Source: Halorhodospira halophila SL1
GTDB lineage: Bacteria; Pseudomonadota; Gammaproteobacteria; Nitrococcales; Halorhodospiraceae
Direction of reading: 5' to 3'
Assembly: GCF_000015585.1 (NCBI RefSeq)
Contig: NC_008789.1
Coordinates: 1,950,001 to 1,982,000, forward strand
DNA length: 32,000 nt
In this document: positions 31,131-32,000 of the stretch, in pieces
How positions within the stretch are numbered: position 1 is the stretch's first letter
Layout of the letters: each line of letters begins with the position of its first letter
The notes under the pieces: model-generated
Databases searched by the model: none
What the model was told of the DNA's origin: nothing
The model's input: only the letters and a program-made list of their open reading frames with translations
Translations under genes and position numbers: made by a program

Positions 31131-32000
<870 letters not shown>

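Overview
The window reads as ordinary, very GC-rich, tightly packed core chromosome of a gammaproteobacterium. GC content and GC3 bias were judged by eye and not computed. The acidic low-complexity linkers suggest a halophilic lineage such as the Ectothiorhodospiraceae, but this is a guess. I can support 34 protein-coding genes, two of them truncated by the window edges, and 30 of them lie on the minus strand.

The gene order joins several synteny blocks well known from E. coli and Pseudomonas:
- carAB with cysH.
- A yadGH-like ABC-2 exporter followed by pncB.
- An nfeD-pdxH string downstream of adk.
- trmJ-cysE-iscA | ndk-rlmN-pilW-rodZ-hisS-yfgM-bamB, with suhB divergent.
- asd | fimV | truA-trpF-trpB-trpA-accD-folC-dedD-cvpA-purF-metZ.

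Three strong intrinsic terminators are visible. I found no rRNA or tRNA genes, CRISPR arrays, transposases, integrases, phage genes, toxin-antitoxin pairs or recognisable defence genes. I see no convincing candidate for a novel multi-gene system.

What stands out is modest:
- Conserved members are missing from otherwise intact synteny blocks. The isc operon is reduced to iscA, ispG is absent along with the periplasmic domain of RodZ, and der is absent.
- A 63-aa protein consists of only an H-NS-like N-terminal domain.
- NfeD has no SPFH partner and its 3' end overlaps the pdxH start.
- A secreted pentapeptide-repeat protein carries cysteine pairs at both ends.
- Each of the three terminators sits directly in front of the next same-strand gene, leaving no room for a promoter. 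This suggests attenuation or read-through control, most notably upstream of carA.

The many long ORFs in the track that lie antisense to these genes are treated as GC-driven shadow ORFs.
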